A DNA stretch of 64,000 nt from Elusimicrobiota bacterium (GCA_003452935.1 DMMY01000005.1:57858-121857), one strand, 5' to 3'. Positions 35,064-44,954 are shown, counted from the stretch's first letter. Notes: generated by a model from the sequence alone, not told the origin. Made by a program: numbers and translations.

Positions 35064-36056
35064 TCAGACGTTGTAGAGGCCGGCCTTGAAGTCGGCGCGA
35101 TGTCTCGTCATGTAATCGATGGTCCGGGCCAGGCCTTCGTCGAAAGACCAGCTTGGTTTCCAGCCCAGCAAACGCCGTGCCTTGCGGTTGTCGCAGACCA
35201 GGCGCATGACCTCGCTGCGCTCCGGCCGCGTGCGCGCCGCGGACTTGGCGACGCGGGCTTGGCGGCCCATAAGGCGCATGATGGTTTGCGCGGTCTGGGC
35301 GATGCTCACGCCCCGGCCCGAGCCGATGTTGATGACCTCGCCCACGGACTTGGGCGAGGCGGCCACGGCCAAAAATCCCTCGACCGTGTCCGCCACGTAG
35401 TTGAAGTCCCGGATCGTCGAGGTCGAGCCCAGCTCCAGCGTGGGCCGGCCTTCCAGAAGCTGGGAGATGATGGTGGGGATCACGGCGCGGGCCGATTGTC
35501 TCGGCCCGAAGGTGTTGAAGGGCCGGATCACGGCCACGGGCAGGCCGAAGCAGCGGAAATAGCTTTCCGCCAGATGGTCGGCTCCGATCTTGGTCGCGGA
35601 ATAAGGGGATTGGCCCTGCAAGGGATGGGCTTCGTCGATGGGCACGTAGCGCGCCGTGCCGTAGACCTCGGAAGTCGAGGTCACCACGAGCTTGCGGGTC
35701 TTGCGGCCGCGGCAGGCTTCGAGCACGTTCAAGGTGCCGGCGAGGTTGGCCGCGACGTAGCTGGCCGGCGCCGCGTATGAGTAGGGGATGGCGATCAAGG
35801 CGGCCAAGTGGAAGACGATGTCCTGGCCCTCGACGAGCCGGGCCACGCACTGGGGATCCGTGACGTCGCCGGGGAGCACCTCGATGCGGCGCAGGGATTG
35901 GGCGTCGAGCTTTTCCAGGAGGCCCCAATGGCTGCGGGAATTGTAGCGGACCATGGCCCGGACCTTGGCTCCGCGCCGGGAAAGCTCCTCGGCCAGATGG
36001 CTGCCGATGAAGCCGCCGGCTCCGGTCACGAGCACGCGCGCGTCTTTCCAATTCAT
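35064..36056 (-). CDS. NAD-dependent sugar 4,6-dehydratase/epimerase (SDR; CDP/dTDP-glucose 4,6-dehydratase-like)
   Basis: The start MNWKDARVLVTGAGGFIGSHL is internal to the track ORF. TSTSEVYG and YSATKIGADHL (YxxxK) are present. Paired with the adjacent nucleotidyltransferase. Confidence 0.8.
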   Translation of the reverse strand: MNWKDARVLVTGAGGFIGSHLAEELSRRGAKVRAMVRYNSRSHWGLLEKLDAQSLRRIEVLPGDVTDPQCVARLVEGQDIVFHLAALIAIPYSYAAPASYVAANLAGTLNVLEACRGRKTRKLVVTSTSEVYGTARYVPIDEAHPLQGQSPYSATKIGADHLAESYFRCFGLPVAVIRPFNTFGPRQSARAVIPTIISQLLEGRPTLELGSTSTIRDFNYVADTVEGFLAVAASPKSVGEVINIGSGRGVSIAQTAQTIMRLMGRQARVAKSAARTRPERSEVMRLVCDNRKARRLLGWKPSWSFDEGLARTIDYMTRHRADFKAGLYNV

Positions 36057-37576
36057 TTTTTCGGCACCTCCGAGATGGCCGGGGGCAGGTCGAATCCCAT
36101 GTATTTTTCCCGGCACTCATCGCGCAGCTCCTGCCAGGCGCGGTCGCCCTCCGGGGTGAGCTTCTCGGCTTGGGCGATGCGGCTCCATCGCTCCTTGGGC
36201 ATCTTCACGTACAGCACAAAGCAGCGCCGCAGACCCTCGATGGCGTCCCGGGAGAACTGGGGCATGTCCAGGATCGTGGGCTTGGTGATGCAGCTGGCCA
36301 GGCTGTCGGGCTTGATGAAGCCCAGTGCTTCGGCTTGCGCGCGCAAGGGCGTTCCGTGAAACGGGGTGTAGGAGTAGGCGTTGTAGCCGTCGGCCAAAAC
36401 CTGGCGGTTGAGCTCTATGGTGTCGAAAGCGAGCTGCCGGGTCTCATGGGGAAAACCCAGGATGTTGTTGGTGCTGAAGGGAATGCCCAAGCGATTGAGT
36501 ATGGCCAGGCGCTCGACGATCGTGCGGTTGCTCACTCGGCGGGCCAGGTGCTTTTCCCGGAAAGCCTCGTTGCCGTGCTCGATGCCGAAGGACACGCGCA
36601 AAAGCCCGATCTCCTTCAAGCGGCGGAAGCGCTCCTCAATGACGGTCTCGGGCCGGGTCTGTATCCAGAAGGGAAGCTTGAACTCGGAGTACATGTCGCA
36701 GAAAGCCGCGAAATCCCGGTCATTGTAGGCCAGGAAGCTGTCGGCCCAGAAATAGAATGAATCCGCGCCATAGGCTCCGGCCAGATGCCTGAGCTCGGCG
36801 CGGACCTTGTCCGCGCTGCGCATGCGAAAGAAGCGATGCCCTGCCTGGCGATAGGCCTCGGTCTGGGCCGGGGAATTGCAGTAGGCGCAGGTGTAGGGGC
36901 AGCCGCGGATGGTCTCGACCGGAAGCATGCGCCAGAGCTTGCCCTGCATGGGCCGCAGGAACCTGCTTTCCTCGAAAAGACCGTAGTCGGGCAGGGGCAG
37001 GGTCTCCGTGTTGACGGGCCTGGGCAGGGGACTCGAGATTTTCGGGTTCAAGGACCAAAGCCCAGGGGTGCCGGCCGGGTCCTGGCCTTTTTCCAGGCGC
37101 CGGCAAAACTCGGGCAGGGAATCCTCGCCTTCGCCGATGAGGACATGGTCGATCAATCCTTGGGAAAGGCGCAGGGCGAGCTCAGGCGCGAATGTGGCGA
37201 AGACTCCTCCCAAGACCACGCGGGGCCGGTCCTTGGGAAGGGCGCAGAGCAGGCGCAGGGCAATGGGGTACATGTCCTCGGTGGCTGATATGGCGATGAG
37301 GCCGGGCTTCCAGGAGGCGACTTTTTGCGCGAAGTCCTGGGGCGCCGGGCTGTGCCGGTCATGTTGGCGCAAAAGGCTGTCGTCGAAAGGCCGGGCATTG
37401 AGATGCTCGGCCTTGGATTTGTCGCTGTCAAAGCCGTTGTCTAGGTCCGGGTAGTTGGTGGTGTCGAAGAGCGCGACTTCGTGGCCCGCGGATTTGAGGA
37501 TGGAGGTGAACAGTCCCAAGGCCGGGGGCAGCATGTTCATGCCCGCCATGTTTGGGTAGACGAGCAGGATTCTCAT
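36053..37576 (-). CDS. Cobalamin (B12)-binding-domain radical SAM enzyme (class B)
   Basis: N-terminal B12-binding-like Rossmann region (MRILLVYPNMAGMN...GHEVALFDTT). The radical-SAM cluster motif is GCPYTCAYCNS (CxxxCxxC). The track ORF continues to a TTG at 37675 across a 38-bp palindrome; the internal ATG (MRILLV) is preferred. Confidence 0.75.
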   Translation of the reverse strand: MRILLVYPNMAGMNMLPPALGLFTSILKSAGHEVALFDTTNYPDLDNGFDSDKSKAEHLNARPFDDSLLRQHDRHSPAPQDFAQKVASWKPGLIAISATEDMYPIALRLLCALPKDRPRVVLGGVFATFAPELALRLSQGLIDHVLIGEGEDSLPEFCRRLEKGQDPAGTPGLWSLNPKISSPLPRPVNTETLPLPDYGLFEESRFLRPMQGKLWRMLPVETIRGCPYTCAYCNSPAQTEAYRQAGHRFFRMRSADKVRAELRHLAGAYGADSFYFWADSFLAYNDRDFAAFCDMYSEFKLPFWIQTRPETVIEERFRRLKEIGLLRVSFGIEHGNEAFREKHLARRVSNRTIVERLAILNRLGIPFSTNNILGFPHETRQLAFDTIELNRQVLADGYNAYSYTPFHGTPLRAQAEALGFIKPDSLASCITKPTILDMPQFSRDAIEGLRRCFVLYVKMPKERWSRIAQAEKLTPEGDRAWQELRDECREKYMGFDLPPAISEVPKK

Positions 37577-37625
37577 GCTCGGCGCCAAGCCGCATGCTCG
37601 AAGATCAGGATTGCGCAGGGTCGAG

Positions 37626-37663
37626 TTATCCCCAAACATATCCCGGGATATGTTTGGGGATAA
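37626..37663. repeat. 38-bp perfect palindrome (19-bp inverted repeat, no spacer): TTATCCCCAAACATATCCC|GGGATATGTTTGGGGATAA
   Basis: Read directly from the sequence; the right arm is the exact reverse complement of the left arm. It lies just upstream of the preferred start of the rSAM gene, at the edge of a ~400-bp low-GC spacer (37676-38074). Confidence 0.8.
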
Positions 37664-38074
37664 GCGCCAAGGCAAAGAGGGCTAGAGCAAAGGTTGCGGA
37701 TATCTCGCATAAGACAAAGAAATTATACCAATTTGAGGCTATGACTCTTTGGCTAAAGGGAGGCGCGCCGGGCCTCCAGTCAAAGCTGAACTCCTGAAAT
37801 TCGATTATGAGCCGTTCGGGGCACTCCCAACGGAAAATATAATTTCCTTGACAACTACATATATCTATTCAGGCCGGGAGATCAACAGTTCGATGCGTGC
37901 CGAGTCCCTTTATCCCGCCCGCAACCCAGGCAGACCCGGATGCGCCAAAATCCAAAACCATGCTTCCCATATCCGGAATATCTTTGAGTCAATTCGAGAG
38001 CTTATGGCTCCCACTGAAAATTCAGAACGCGTGATCGGATTTTGAACTCCCGCCCTGTCGCCGCAGGCGCTTAT

Positions 38075-38986
38075 TTATCTGGCCGCGGCCAGGCGGAAAA
38101 GGCGCCGTTTGAGATCGCGCAGGGTGTCTGCCAGGCCGGGAAAGCAAGCCAGGGCGCAGAGCCCGAGAGCCTTGAGGCGCAGGGATGCCGGGCCTTTGCC
38201 GCAAAAGGCTTGGGCGAGTTCCGGACCGACCCATAACCCCGCTTCCTTGACCGCTACAAGGCGCGGCCCGATAGAGGCAACCAGGTCCGGGTTGCGGCGC
38301 AGGCATTCCGAATAGATAAGCTTGAGCTCGAGGCGTTCTTTCCTGAAATCCCAGCCCGCGCTGGCGGCATGGACTCGGATGCGCACGAGGGGTTCCGGGA
38401 TAAAATCGAACTCGCCTTTTTCAGCCAAGCGCAGGAAGAGCTCGTATTCCTCGGCAATGTGGAAATCCGGCCGGAAGAAGCCTCCGGCCTGCGCGATGGC
38501 TGATCTGCGCATGACCGCGGCCGCGCAAGGCACGAAGTTCTGCAAAAAAAGGTCCTTGAGTATCCTGCCGCGGCTCAGGACGATGCCGTCCGAATAGCGG
38601 CTTAAGCGGCGGCCTTGGGAATCGATGAAAACCGCGTCGCTGCCCGCGAAAGCGACTTGGGGGCGGTCAAAGAGGGGGATGATCTTGGCGAGCTTGTCAT
38701 GTTCCCAGACGTCGTCGTGATCGATGATGGCGATGAGCTCGCCGCTGGAGAGCTCCAGGGCCTTGTTGCGCGCGGCTCCGAGGCCGGCGTTGGCTTGGGC
38801 GTGGTAGATGACGGGCCGGCCCGCGTCCATGTGGCGGCGGATGATGGCGTCGGTCTGGTCCTTGGAGCCGTCATTGACGATGACGAGCTCGAAGTCCTGG
38901 AAGCTTTGGCCGAAGACCGACGCCAGGGTTTCCTCCAGGTAGGGCTCGGAGTTGTAGCAGCAGAGGTTGACGCTGACCTTGGGCAT
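38075..38986 (-). CDS. Family 2 glycosyltransferase
   Basis: The preferred start is MPKVSVNLCCYNSEPYLEETLASVFGQS. Also VIVNDGSKDQT and DHDDVW (DXD), the canonical GT2-A N-terminal domain. Confidence 0.85.
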   Translation of the reverse strand: MPKVSVNLCCYNSEPYLEETLASVFGQSFQDFELVIVNDGSKDQTDAIIRRHMDAGRPVIYHAQANAGLGAARNKALELSSGELIAIIDHDDVWEHDKLAKIIPLFDRPQVAFAGSDAVFIDSQGRRLSRYSDGIVLSRGRILKDLFLQNFVPCAAAVMRRSAIAQAGGFFRPDFHIAEEYELFLRLAEKGEFDFIPEPLVRIRVHAASAGWDFRKERLELKLIYSECLRRNPDLVASIGPRLVAVKEAGLWVGPELAQAFCGKGPASLRLKALGLCALACFPGLADTLRDLKRRLFRLAAAR

Positions 38987-38993
38987 TCTATTT

Positions 38994-40130
38994 TTAGATT
39001 TTGGCGGATTGCGCAGGCGTCTTGTCAAACGCCTGTACCGCCGAGATCACGGTCTCCACGTCCGCGTCGCTCATGGCGCAGTGCAGGGGGATGGTCACGA
39101 TCTCCTGCCAGAGCTTCTCCGAGCGCGGCAAGGGCCGGCCGCAGTGCTTCTTGAAATAGGGCTGCAAGTGGTTGGCGATGTAGTGCAGGCCCGTTCCCAC
39201 TCCCTTTGTCTTCAAAAACTCCATGAACTCGTCGCGGCGCTCGAGCGGCACGCGCACGATATAGATGTGCGGGGCCACATGGCTGTAGTCGATCTTAAGC
39301 GGCTGGACGCTTTTGAGGCCCTTGAAAGCCTCGTCATATTTTCGCGCGACGGCGCGGCGGCGCTCGATAAAGCCCGGCAATTTCTTGAGCTGCTCCAGGC
39401 CCACGGCCGCGCAGAAATTAGGCATGTGGTAGCGGAAACCGGGCGAGACCACTTCATAAAAATACGTCCGGGTGTTCTTGTAGCGGTGCCAGGTGTCCTT
39501 GTCTATGCCCAGGATGCGCTGGCGCCGGATTTCCTCGGCCACCTTGTCGTCCGAGAGCGCCACGGCTCCGCCTTCCCCGGTCGTGATGTTCTTGATCGGG
39601 TCGAATGAGAAGCAGGTCGCGTGGCCGTGCGTGCCCACCCGGCGGCCGCGGTATTCGGAGCCCAGGGCATGGGCCGCGTCCTCGATCACCAAGAATCCGC
39701 GTTTCTTGGCCAGGGCCATGAGCCGGTCCATGTCGCAGGGATTGCCGCAATAGTGCACGGGCATGACGACCTTGGTCTTAGGCGTGAGGCGGCGCTCAAC
39801 GTCGTCGATGTCCAGGAGCAAGGTGTCCTCGTGAGACTCGGCGAAGACCGGCTTGGCGCCCAGGGCCAGGACCGACTGCACGCAGGCCGCGAAGGTGATC
39901 GAGGGCAGGATGACCTCGTCTCCGGGCCCCACGCCGAAGCCGGAAAGCGCGATGTGCAAGGCCGAGGTGCCGGTGTTGACCGCGATCACGTGCTTGGCGC
40001 CCAGATATTCCTTGAGCTTCTCCTCGAACTCGAAGACCGTCGCGCCCAGGCCCAGCCAGGCGCTGGCAAAGACCTTTTCCATGGCGCGCATCTCTTCCGG
40101 GCCGGTCACGGGACGGGATATGGCTATCAT
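38994..40130 (-). CDS. DegT/DnrJ/EryC1/StrS-family PLP-dependent sugar aminotransferase (PseC-like candidate)
   Basis: NTGTSALHIALSGFGVGPGDEVILPSITFAA, FSFDPIKNITTGEGG (PLP-Lys region) and GTGLHYIANHLQPYF. 378 aa. Confidence 0.9.
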   Translation of the reverse strand: MIAISRPVTGPEEMRAMEKVFASAWLGLGATVFEFEEKLKEYLGAKHVIAVNTGTSALHIALSGFGVGPGDEVILPSITFAACVQSVLALGAKPVFAESHEDTLLLDIDDVERRLTPKTKVVMPVHYCGNPCDMDRLMALAKKRGFLVIEDAAHALGSEYRGRRVGTHGHATCFSFDPIKNITTGEGGAVALSDDKVAEEIRRQRILGIDKDTWHRYKNTRTYFYEVVSPGFRYHMPNFCAAVGLEQLKKLPGFIERRRAVARKYDEAFKGLKSVQPLKIDYSHVAPHIYIVRVPLERRDEFMEFLKTKGVGTGLHYIANHLQPYFKKHCGRPLPRSEKLWQEIVTIPLHCAMSDADVETVISAVQAFDKTPAQSAKI

Positions 40131-40142
40131 GTGATTTTCTCC

Positions 40143-41690
40143 TTAGCCGCCTTTGTTCACAAGGCGCAAATAAGCCAGCAGTCCGGAAGGGTCCTTGAGC
40201 TTGCGCAGGGCCCACTTGAAGGATTCCAGGGGATCGTGCAGGAGCCGCTGGAATTTTAGGTAGAGATGGCCCTTGAGCAACGTGCGCCGCAGAATTTCTC
40301 CGTCCCAGTCCGGGGTGCGAATGATGAAGCTGCGGATGAAAAGGTCGTCCAGGGAAAACTCCGTGGCGAAGAACCCCTTGTCGCGGCAGAGCTCGAAGAG
40401 CTCGGTGCCCGGGTAGGGCGTGGCCACGGATATGTGCGGGTTGAAGCAGCGGCACTGCGCGGCGAAGCGCAGCGAGGTCCGGATGTCGGTCAGGGTCTCT
40501 CCGGGCATGCCGATGACCAGGAACATGTCGCGCTCCAGGCTGATCTTGTCGCAGTGCGCGATCAAGGACTTGACCTTGCCCAGGTCCAGGGGCTTGCGGA
40601 TGACCGAGTCCAGGACCCTTTGGCTTCCGCTTTCCACCGGGAAATTGAGTTTGTAGCAGCCGGACTGCTTCATGAGGTCAACGAGTTCGTTGGTCAAGGA
40701 CCAGACGCCCACGCCGTTGGGCGTGTCCCATTGGAAGTTGAAGCCGGCCTCGATCATGCCGCGGAAAAGCTTCTCGGCGCGGCGCGCGTCGGCGGTCACG
40801 TTGTCGTCCTCGAACATGAGCTCGGTGACGCCGTAGCGCTCGTGCAGGAGCTTCATCTCGGCGAGCACGTTTTCCACGGAGCGGACGCGGTATTTGCGGC
40901 CCCACACGCGAAAAGCGCTGCAGAAGGTGCAGCGGGCCGGGCAGCCGCGGGAGGTGATGATGGGACAGAAGCGCGGGCTGCGCCGCGCGCCGTGCGACGA
41001 GGGCAGGCCGAAGTAGCGTTCCAGCTCCATGACGTGGTAGGCTGGAAAGGGGATGGAGTCCAGATCTCGGATCCATTCTTTTTTTTCGTTGATGATGACA
41101 CGGCCGTCTTCTTTTCGGCCTAAACCGTCTATTTTGCCGAGGTCCCCGCCGCTTTGCAGGGCCTCGAGGAGCTGTTTGAAGCCGGCCTCGGCCTCGCCTA
41201 TGAGCAGATAGTCGCAGTTCGGGTTCTGGAGGACCTCCTCCGGGACCACGGTGGCGTGGGCGCCGCCGGCTACGGTGATGCTTTCGGGCCGGGCCTGCTT
41301 GGCCAGGGCAAAGAGGCGATGGTATATTTTGTATTGTCGGCTGAACTGGCAGTTGATGCCGATCACGTCTGGCGCGAACTCGGCGATGCGTTTCGCGATT
41401 TCGTCGTCCGGCAGGCCCACGCGGATGAGGAGTCCGTCGACCGCCTCCTCGTGATTCCAGCCCTGGACCAAGCAGTCCAGGATGCGGACTTCCATGCCCA
41501 TGGACTCGGCCACCGCGGCCAGATAGCCCAGGCCCATGGGCGGCAAGGGGTTGATGTCCCGGAAGGACTTGAATGTGTAGGCCGGAGGCACGAGCAGCAG
41601 GATTTTCTTTATCTGCCGCAAGGAACCTCCCTTTGGCGGCTTTCGGTCCAGTATGAGGCCAGGGTTTGTTCGTTCTCCCGGGCGAAGCAT
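40143..41690 (-). CDS. Cobalamin (B12)-binding-domain radical SAM enzyme (class B)
   Basis: N-terminal B12-binding-like region (KKILLLVPPAYTFKS...GMEVRILD...VIGINCQFSR). The radical SAM motif is TSRGCPARCTFCSA. The start is uncertain; the first ~27 codons overlap the upstream gene end at 41609. Confidence 0.8.
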   Translation of the reverse strand: MLRPGERTNPGLILDRKPPKGGSLRQIKKILLLVPPAYTFKSFRDINPLPPMGLGYLAAVAESMGMEVRILDCLVQGWNHEEAVDGLLIRVGLPDDEIAKRIAEFAPDVIGINCQFSRQYKIYHRLFALAKQARPESITVAGGAHATVVPEEVLQNPNCDYLLIGEAEAGFKQLLEALQSGGDLGKIDGLGRKEDGRVIINEKKEWIRDLDSIPFPAYHVMELERYFGLPSSHGARRSPRFCPIITSRGCPARCTFCSAFRVWGRKYRVRSVENVLAEMKLLHERYGVTELMFEDDNVTADARRAEKLFRGMIEAGFNFQWDTPNGVGVWSLTNELVDLMKQSGCYKLNFPVESGSQRVLDSVIRKPLDLGKVKSLIAHCDKISLERDMFLVIGMPGETLTDIRTSLRFAAQCRCFNPHISVATPYPGTELFELCRDKGFFATEFSLDDLFIRSFIIRTPDWDGEILRRTLLKGHLYLKFQRLLHDPLESFKWALRKLKDPSGLLAYLRLVNKGG

Positions 41691-43414
41691 CGGCCGCGCA
41701 ATTGAGCGCCCTTTTCTTTTAGGAGCTGGCGCTCTGAATCGGACAAATTGAGAATCCGGCGAAGCTCTTGGGATATTTCTTCAGGGCCGCGGCAGACGCG
41801 GCAGATGTCCGGAAAATAGGCCATGGGATCGAAATCCAGATCCGCCAAGCGGCCCACGGCCATGACCGGAAGTCCCATGCAGGCCGCCTCGGCCAAGGCG
41901 CCTGAGCCCGCGGAAAGGACCACGCTGCTTTGACGCAGGGATTCCTGAAGAGGATGCGGGGAGACCTCCAACTGTGCGGGCCAGGGCCTTTTGCCCAAGG
42001 CTGAGCGCAGATCAGCCATGCCGTAATCCGGGTGGGGCCTGATCCACCAGCGCTCGATTCCTGTTTGTCCTGACAGCACGGGCCTGAGGCTTTCTATGAG
42101 CTCAACTGCTTCGCCCAATCTGCTGGGCAGGGGGATGAAAGCGGTCCTTGGCCCGGAGCTGATCGCGCCGGCGTTATCTTCCCAGAGGTATTGATAGCGC
42201 AGGGCCGCGCCCACGCTGATCGCAACGTTGGAGCCGAAAAGGTCAAGGACCTCGGCTTGATGGCTGCCGCAGCACACCACCCGGCCGGGCAGCGCGCCGC
42301 AGCGCGCCTCCGCGAGCGTCGGGAACATGGTCATGTAATTGGGATTGGGCAGGGCGCAGAGCACGCCCACATGGTCAGCCTTTGGAAACGCCTGGCGCGC
42401 GGCCAAGGCCAGGGCCTTGTCCTGTCTCTGGTTTTCAAACCAGGAGAGGACGAGGTCCGGGCAGAATCCCGCTTCCTTGAGCCGGGGCAGGAGGCGCAGG
42501 AGCAGCCGCGACTCGAAAGCCTCGGGAGAGCGCGCTTGGCGCAGGCGCATCTCCCGGGCCAGGGGCTTGATATCGAGCCCCTGGAAAGGGGGAGTTTGCC
42601 GCGGCAGAAACAGGCTGCGCGCGCCGCCCAGCAAGGCTCCGGCCACGTCCGTCCAAGTGATCCAATCTTCCTTGATGATTAACCGGGAGGGACTTTGCCT
42701 CAGCCAGCGCAAGAGCTCTGTTCTCGGCCGGCTGATCTCGCAGATGTAGGGAAGAATCCAGACCTCCAGGCCTTTTTCCTCAAGCCGCTTCGCCAGGTCC
42801 CGGAAGTAGCGGTCGCGGAATTTCCCGTCCTCTGCCAAGCATGAGTCATGGGCGAAGGTGGAGATAAGGGCTCGGGGTTTCTGGGTTTTGGGAAAAGCAG
42901 TGGGCGTCTGGCGCGTGGAGCGGGCCGCGTGAAAAGCGACCGCTGATGAGAGCAGTATCTGGGCCATGCGTATGATGAGCTTGGCCATGTCCATTAAGGG
43001 CTGCAGTCCGGGTCCGGGAGTCTGGCCCAGCATGGCCGCAAGGCTCCGGAGTTGCCCCCAACTCTCGCAGACGGCCAAGTCCGGCAAACGCTTTTCAGAG
43101 GCCAGCCGGCGCAGAAGGACCAGCTGGCAGAGGTGCAGGAAAAAAGGGCTGGAGAAGGAGTTGCGCTCGGCGAATTCCGTGGTCCACCAAGCCGGGTCAG
43201 CGCCATGAGCCGCGCTGAGGCTCTCCACCCACTCCGTGTAAGGCCGGCGCAGCGAGTCTGCCGTCTGGGCGAGCTCGCGGGACAGATCCAGCCGGTTCCA
43301 GCCCGAGCCGAGCTTGTCCTGCCAGGAAAACAGGCTTAGGCTGTCGCGGCCCAAAAACGCCCAGGTCCCTGCGGCCCCGGCGGTCCGGCCGGAGCGCGCG
43401 TGCAGGAGGATCAT
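41609..43414 (-). CDS. Hypothetical protein (~600 aa), possibly GT-B-like surface carbohydrate biosynthesis protein
   Basis: Coding-like composition. A C-terminal GxG-rich Rossmann-like segment (VVCCGSHQAEVLDLFG...VVLSAGSGALAEAACMGLPVMAVG) resembles GT-B or epimerase folds. No decisive motif. Start overlaps the HAD gene stop. Confidence 0.35.
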   Translation of the reverse strand: MILLHARSGRTAGAAGTWAFLGRDSLSLFSWQDKLGSGWNRLDLSRELAQTADSLRRPYTEWVESLSAAHGADPAWWTTEFAERNSFSSPFFLHLCQLVLLRRLASEKRLPDLAVCESWGQLRSLAAMLGQTPGPGLQPLMDMAKLIIRMAQILLSSAVAFHAARSTRQTPTAFPKTQKPRALISTFAHDSCLAEDGKFRDRYFRDLAKRLEEKGLEVWILPYICEISRPRTELLRWLRQSPSRLIIKEDWITWTDVAGALLGGARSLFLPRQTPPFQGLDIKPLAREMRLRQARSPEAFESRLLLRLLPRLKEAGFCPDLVLSWFENQRQDKALALAARQAFPKADHVGVLCALPNPNYMTMFPTLAEARCGALPGRVVCCGSHQAEVLDLFGSNVAISVGAALRYQYLWEDNAGAISSGPRTAFIPLPSRLGEAVELIESLRPVLSGQTGIERWWIRPHPDYGMADLRSALGKRPWPAQLEVSPHPLQESLRQSSVVLSAGSGALAEAACMGLPVMAVGRLADLDFDPMAYFPDICRVCRGPEEISQELRRILNLSDSERQLLKEKGAQLRGRCFARENEQTLASYWTESRQREVPCGR

Positions 43415-44061
43415 GAGAGCCGGCTGAGCGCCTCGGCCAGGGTGACGAGGTTCGGGACTTGCGCGACTCCGGCTTGTTGCCAGAACTCCTCTTTGCCGGG
43501 CGTCAGGCGCGCGATGAAGGGGATGCCGGTCTCTTTGGCCGCCTTCCAGTCCGCCTCGGCGTCGCCCACGAAGGCGCAGCGCTCGGGGTCGAGCTTGCGG
43601 CTGCCGACCGCGTCGCGCACGTTCTGGGTCTTGCTCTTTGGGGAGCCGAACACCCCGGCAAAATGCCGGGAAAGGCCGCGGGCCTCGATGATGCGGCGCA
43701 GTTCGGGCTCCGGGCTGGCCGAGACGATGAACATGGGGCAGCGTCGGGAGTGGGTTTCGAAGAATTCCTCGGCACCCTCCACCATGGGGCAGCTCAATAT
43801 CCTTTCAAAGACCAGCCGGGAGAACTCCTTGTCCAGGCGCTCCATCTCGCCTTCGGGCATGGGCCGTCGCAGGACCTCGTCGTAATAATAGCGGAACTTG
43901 TCGTAGCGCGACACTCCCAGGTTGGCGAGGTGGAAGCGCGTCATGCGCTCCCCGTGCTCCGGGGTGTCGGAGAAAAGATCGCGAAAAGCCTCGGTCTTGA
44001 TGTTGACCGACTCCAGGATCACGCCGTCGCAGTCGAAGAAAACGGATTGGGGGAACTTCAT
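43411..44061 (-). CDS. HAD-superfamily hydrolase (phosphatase)
   Basis: The real start is MKFPQSVFFDCDGVILES (the DxDG nucleophile motif I). It also has SASPEPEL and FVGDAEADWKAAKETGIPF (motif III/IV). The ~220 upstream codons of the track ORF are Arg/Pro/Gly-rich artefact. The ATG overlaps the upstream stop. Confidence 0.8.
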   Translation of the reverse strand: MKFPQSVFFDCDGVILESVNIKTEAFRDLFSDTPEHGERMTRFHLANLGVSRYDKFRYYYDEVLRRPMPEGEMERLDKEFSRLVFERILSCPMVEGAEEFFETHSRRCPMFIVSASPEPELRRIIEARGLSRHFAGVFGSPKSKTQNVRDAVGSRKLDPERCAFVGDAEADWKAAKETGIPFIARLTPGKEEFWQQAGVAQVPNLVTLAEALSRLS

Positions 44062-44954
44062 CGCGTCTTCTCCCCGACCTGGCGGTGGATATCCTCGATG
44101 CAGCGCAGCAGGCCCTGGCCCAGGTCGATGTACTGCCGGCCGATGAGCTTGCGTCCCAGTTTCGGGGTGAAAGCGTAGGGAGTGCGGTGGTAGCGGGTGT
44201 TGACCGGGGCCCAGCGGCTTGAGGCCTTGAATTCCAGCCGGATCTTTCCGCCCAGCATCTCGCGGAGCATCTCCATGAGCTCGCGCACCCGGATGGCCTG
44301 GTGGCCGGTGATGGTGACGTTCTGGTTGGCGAACTCGGGCGCGAGGATCTCCACGCTGTAGCGCGCCGCGTCGTCTACGTGGATGTACTCGCGCGTCTCC
44401 TCGCCGTCGCCGAAATAGGACATCTTGCCTTCTGAAAGGGCCTGCGTGATGAAGCGGTGCACGATGTTGCCGTCGGTCGCGCGGCTGCCGTAAAGCGAAC
44501 CGTAGCGCAGGATGGTGTAGTCCAGGCCGCGATAGCGCTGGTAGTTCTCGATGTAGTTCTCGCAGGCCTGCTTGGAGGCGCTGTAGAACGAGCCGGAGCG
44601 GCCGTAGACGTAGACCGTGCTGGCGAAGACATAGCGCTTGACCCGGGCCTTGGCGCAGGCCTCGAGTATGATGCTGTTGCCCAGGATGTTGACCCGGACC
44701 GTGTCCAAGGGCCGTTCGTGGCACTCGGCCAAATCCGCCAGGCCCGCGAAATTATATACGGCCTGGGAGCCGCGCACGGTCTTGGCCACGGCGGCCTGGT
44801 CCTGGATGTCGCCGACCACCATGCGCTGGCCGGGCTTGAGCGCGGTCGACGGCGCCAGGTCATAGATGGTCACGGACCAGCCCGCCTGGCTCAAGGCGTC
44901 GGCCACGTGGCTGCCCAAAAAGCCCGAGCCTCCGAAGACCACGGCCTTTTTCAT
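44058..44954 (-). CDS. NAD-dependent epimerase/dehydratase family protein (SDR)
   Basis: The real start is MKKAVVFGGSGFLGSHVADAL, with YSASKQACE (YxxxK). The ~175 upstream codons of the track ORF are low-complexity artefact. ATGA overlap with the upstream gene. Confidence 0.8.
   Translation of the reverse strand: MKKAVVFGGSGFLGSHVADALSQAGWSVTIYDLAPSTALKPGQRMVVGDIQDQAAVAKTVRGSQAVYNFAGLADLAECHERPLDTVRVNILGNSIILEACAKARVKRYVFASTVYVYGRSGSFYSASKQACENYIENYQRYRGLDYTILRYGSLYGSRATDGNIVHRFITQALSEGKMSYFGDGEETREYIHVDDAARYSVEILAPEFANQNVTITGHQAIRVRELMEMLREMLGGKIRLEFKASSRWAPVNTRYHRTPYAFTPKLGRKLIGRQYIDLGQGLLRCIEDIHRQVGEKTR

Noticed and set aside
37626-37663. The 38-bp palindrome as a terminal inverted repeat of an insertion sequence
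   Set aside because: There is no transposase-like ORF and no second copy of the repeat within the window. A single zero-spacer palindrome is not an IS-type terminal inverted repeat pair.
37961-38062. Possible tRNA or ncRNA in the low-GC spacer (GGATTTTGAACTCC and ctgaaaattcag hairpin-like segments)
   Set aside because: Neither strand could be folded into a T-arm with matching stems, and no acceptor stem was found. It is left unannotated apart from the finding about the spacer.
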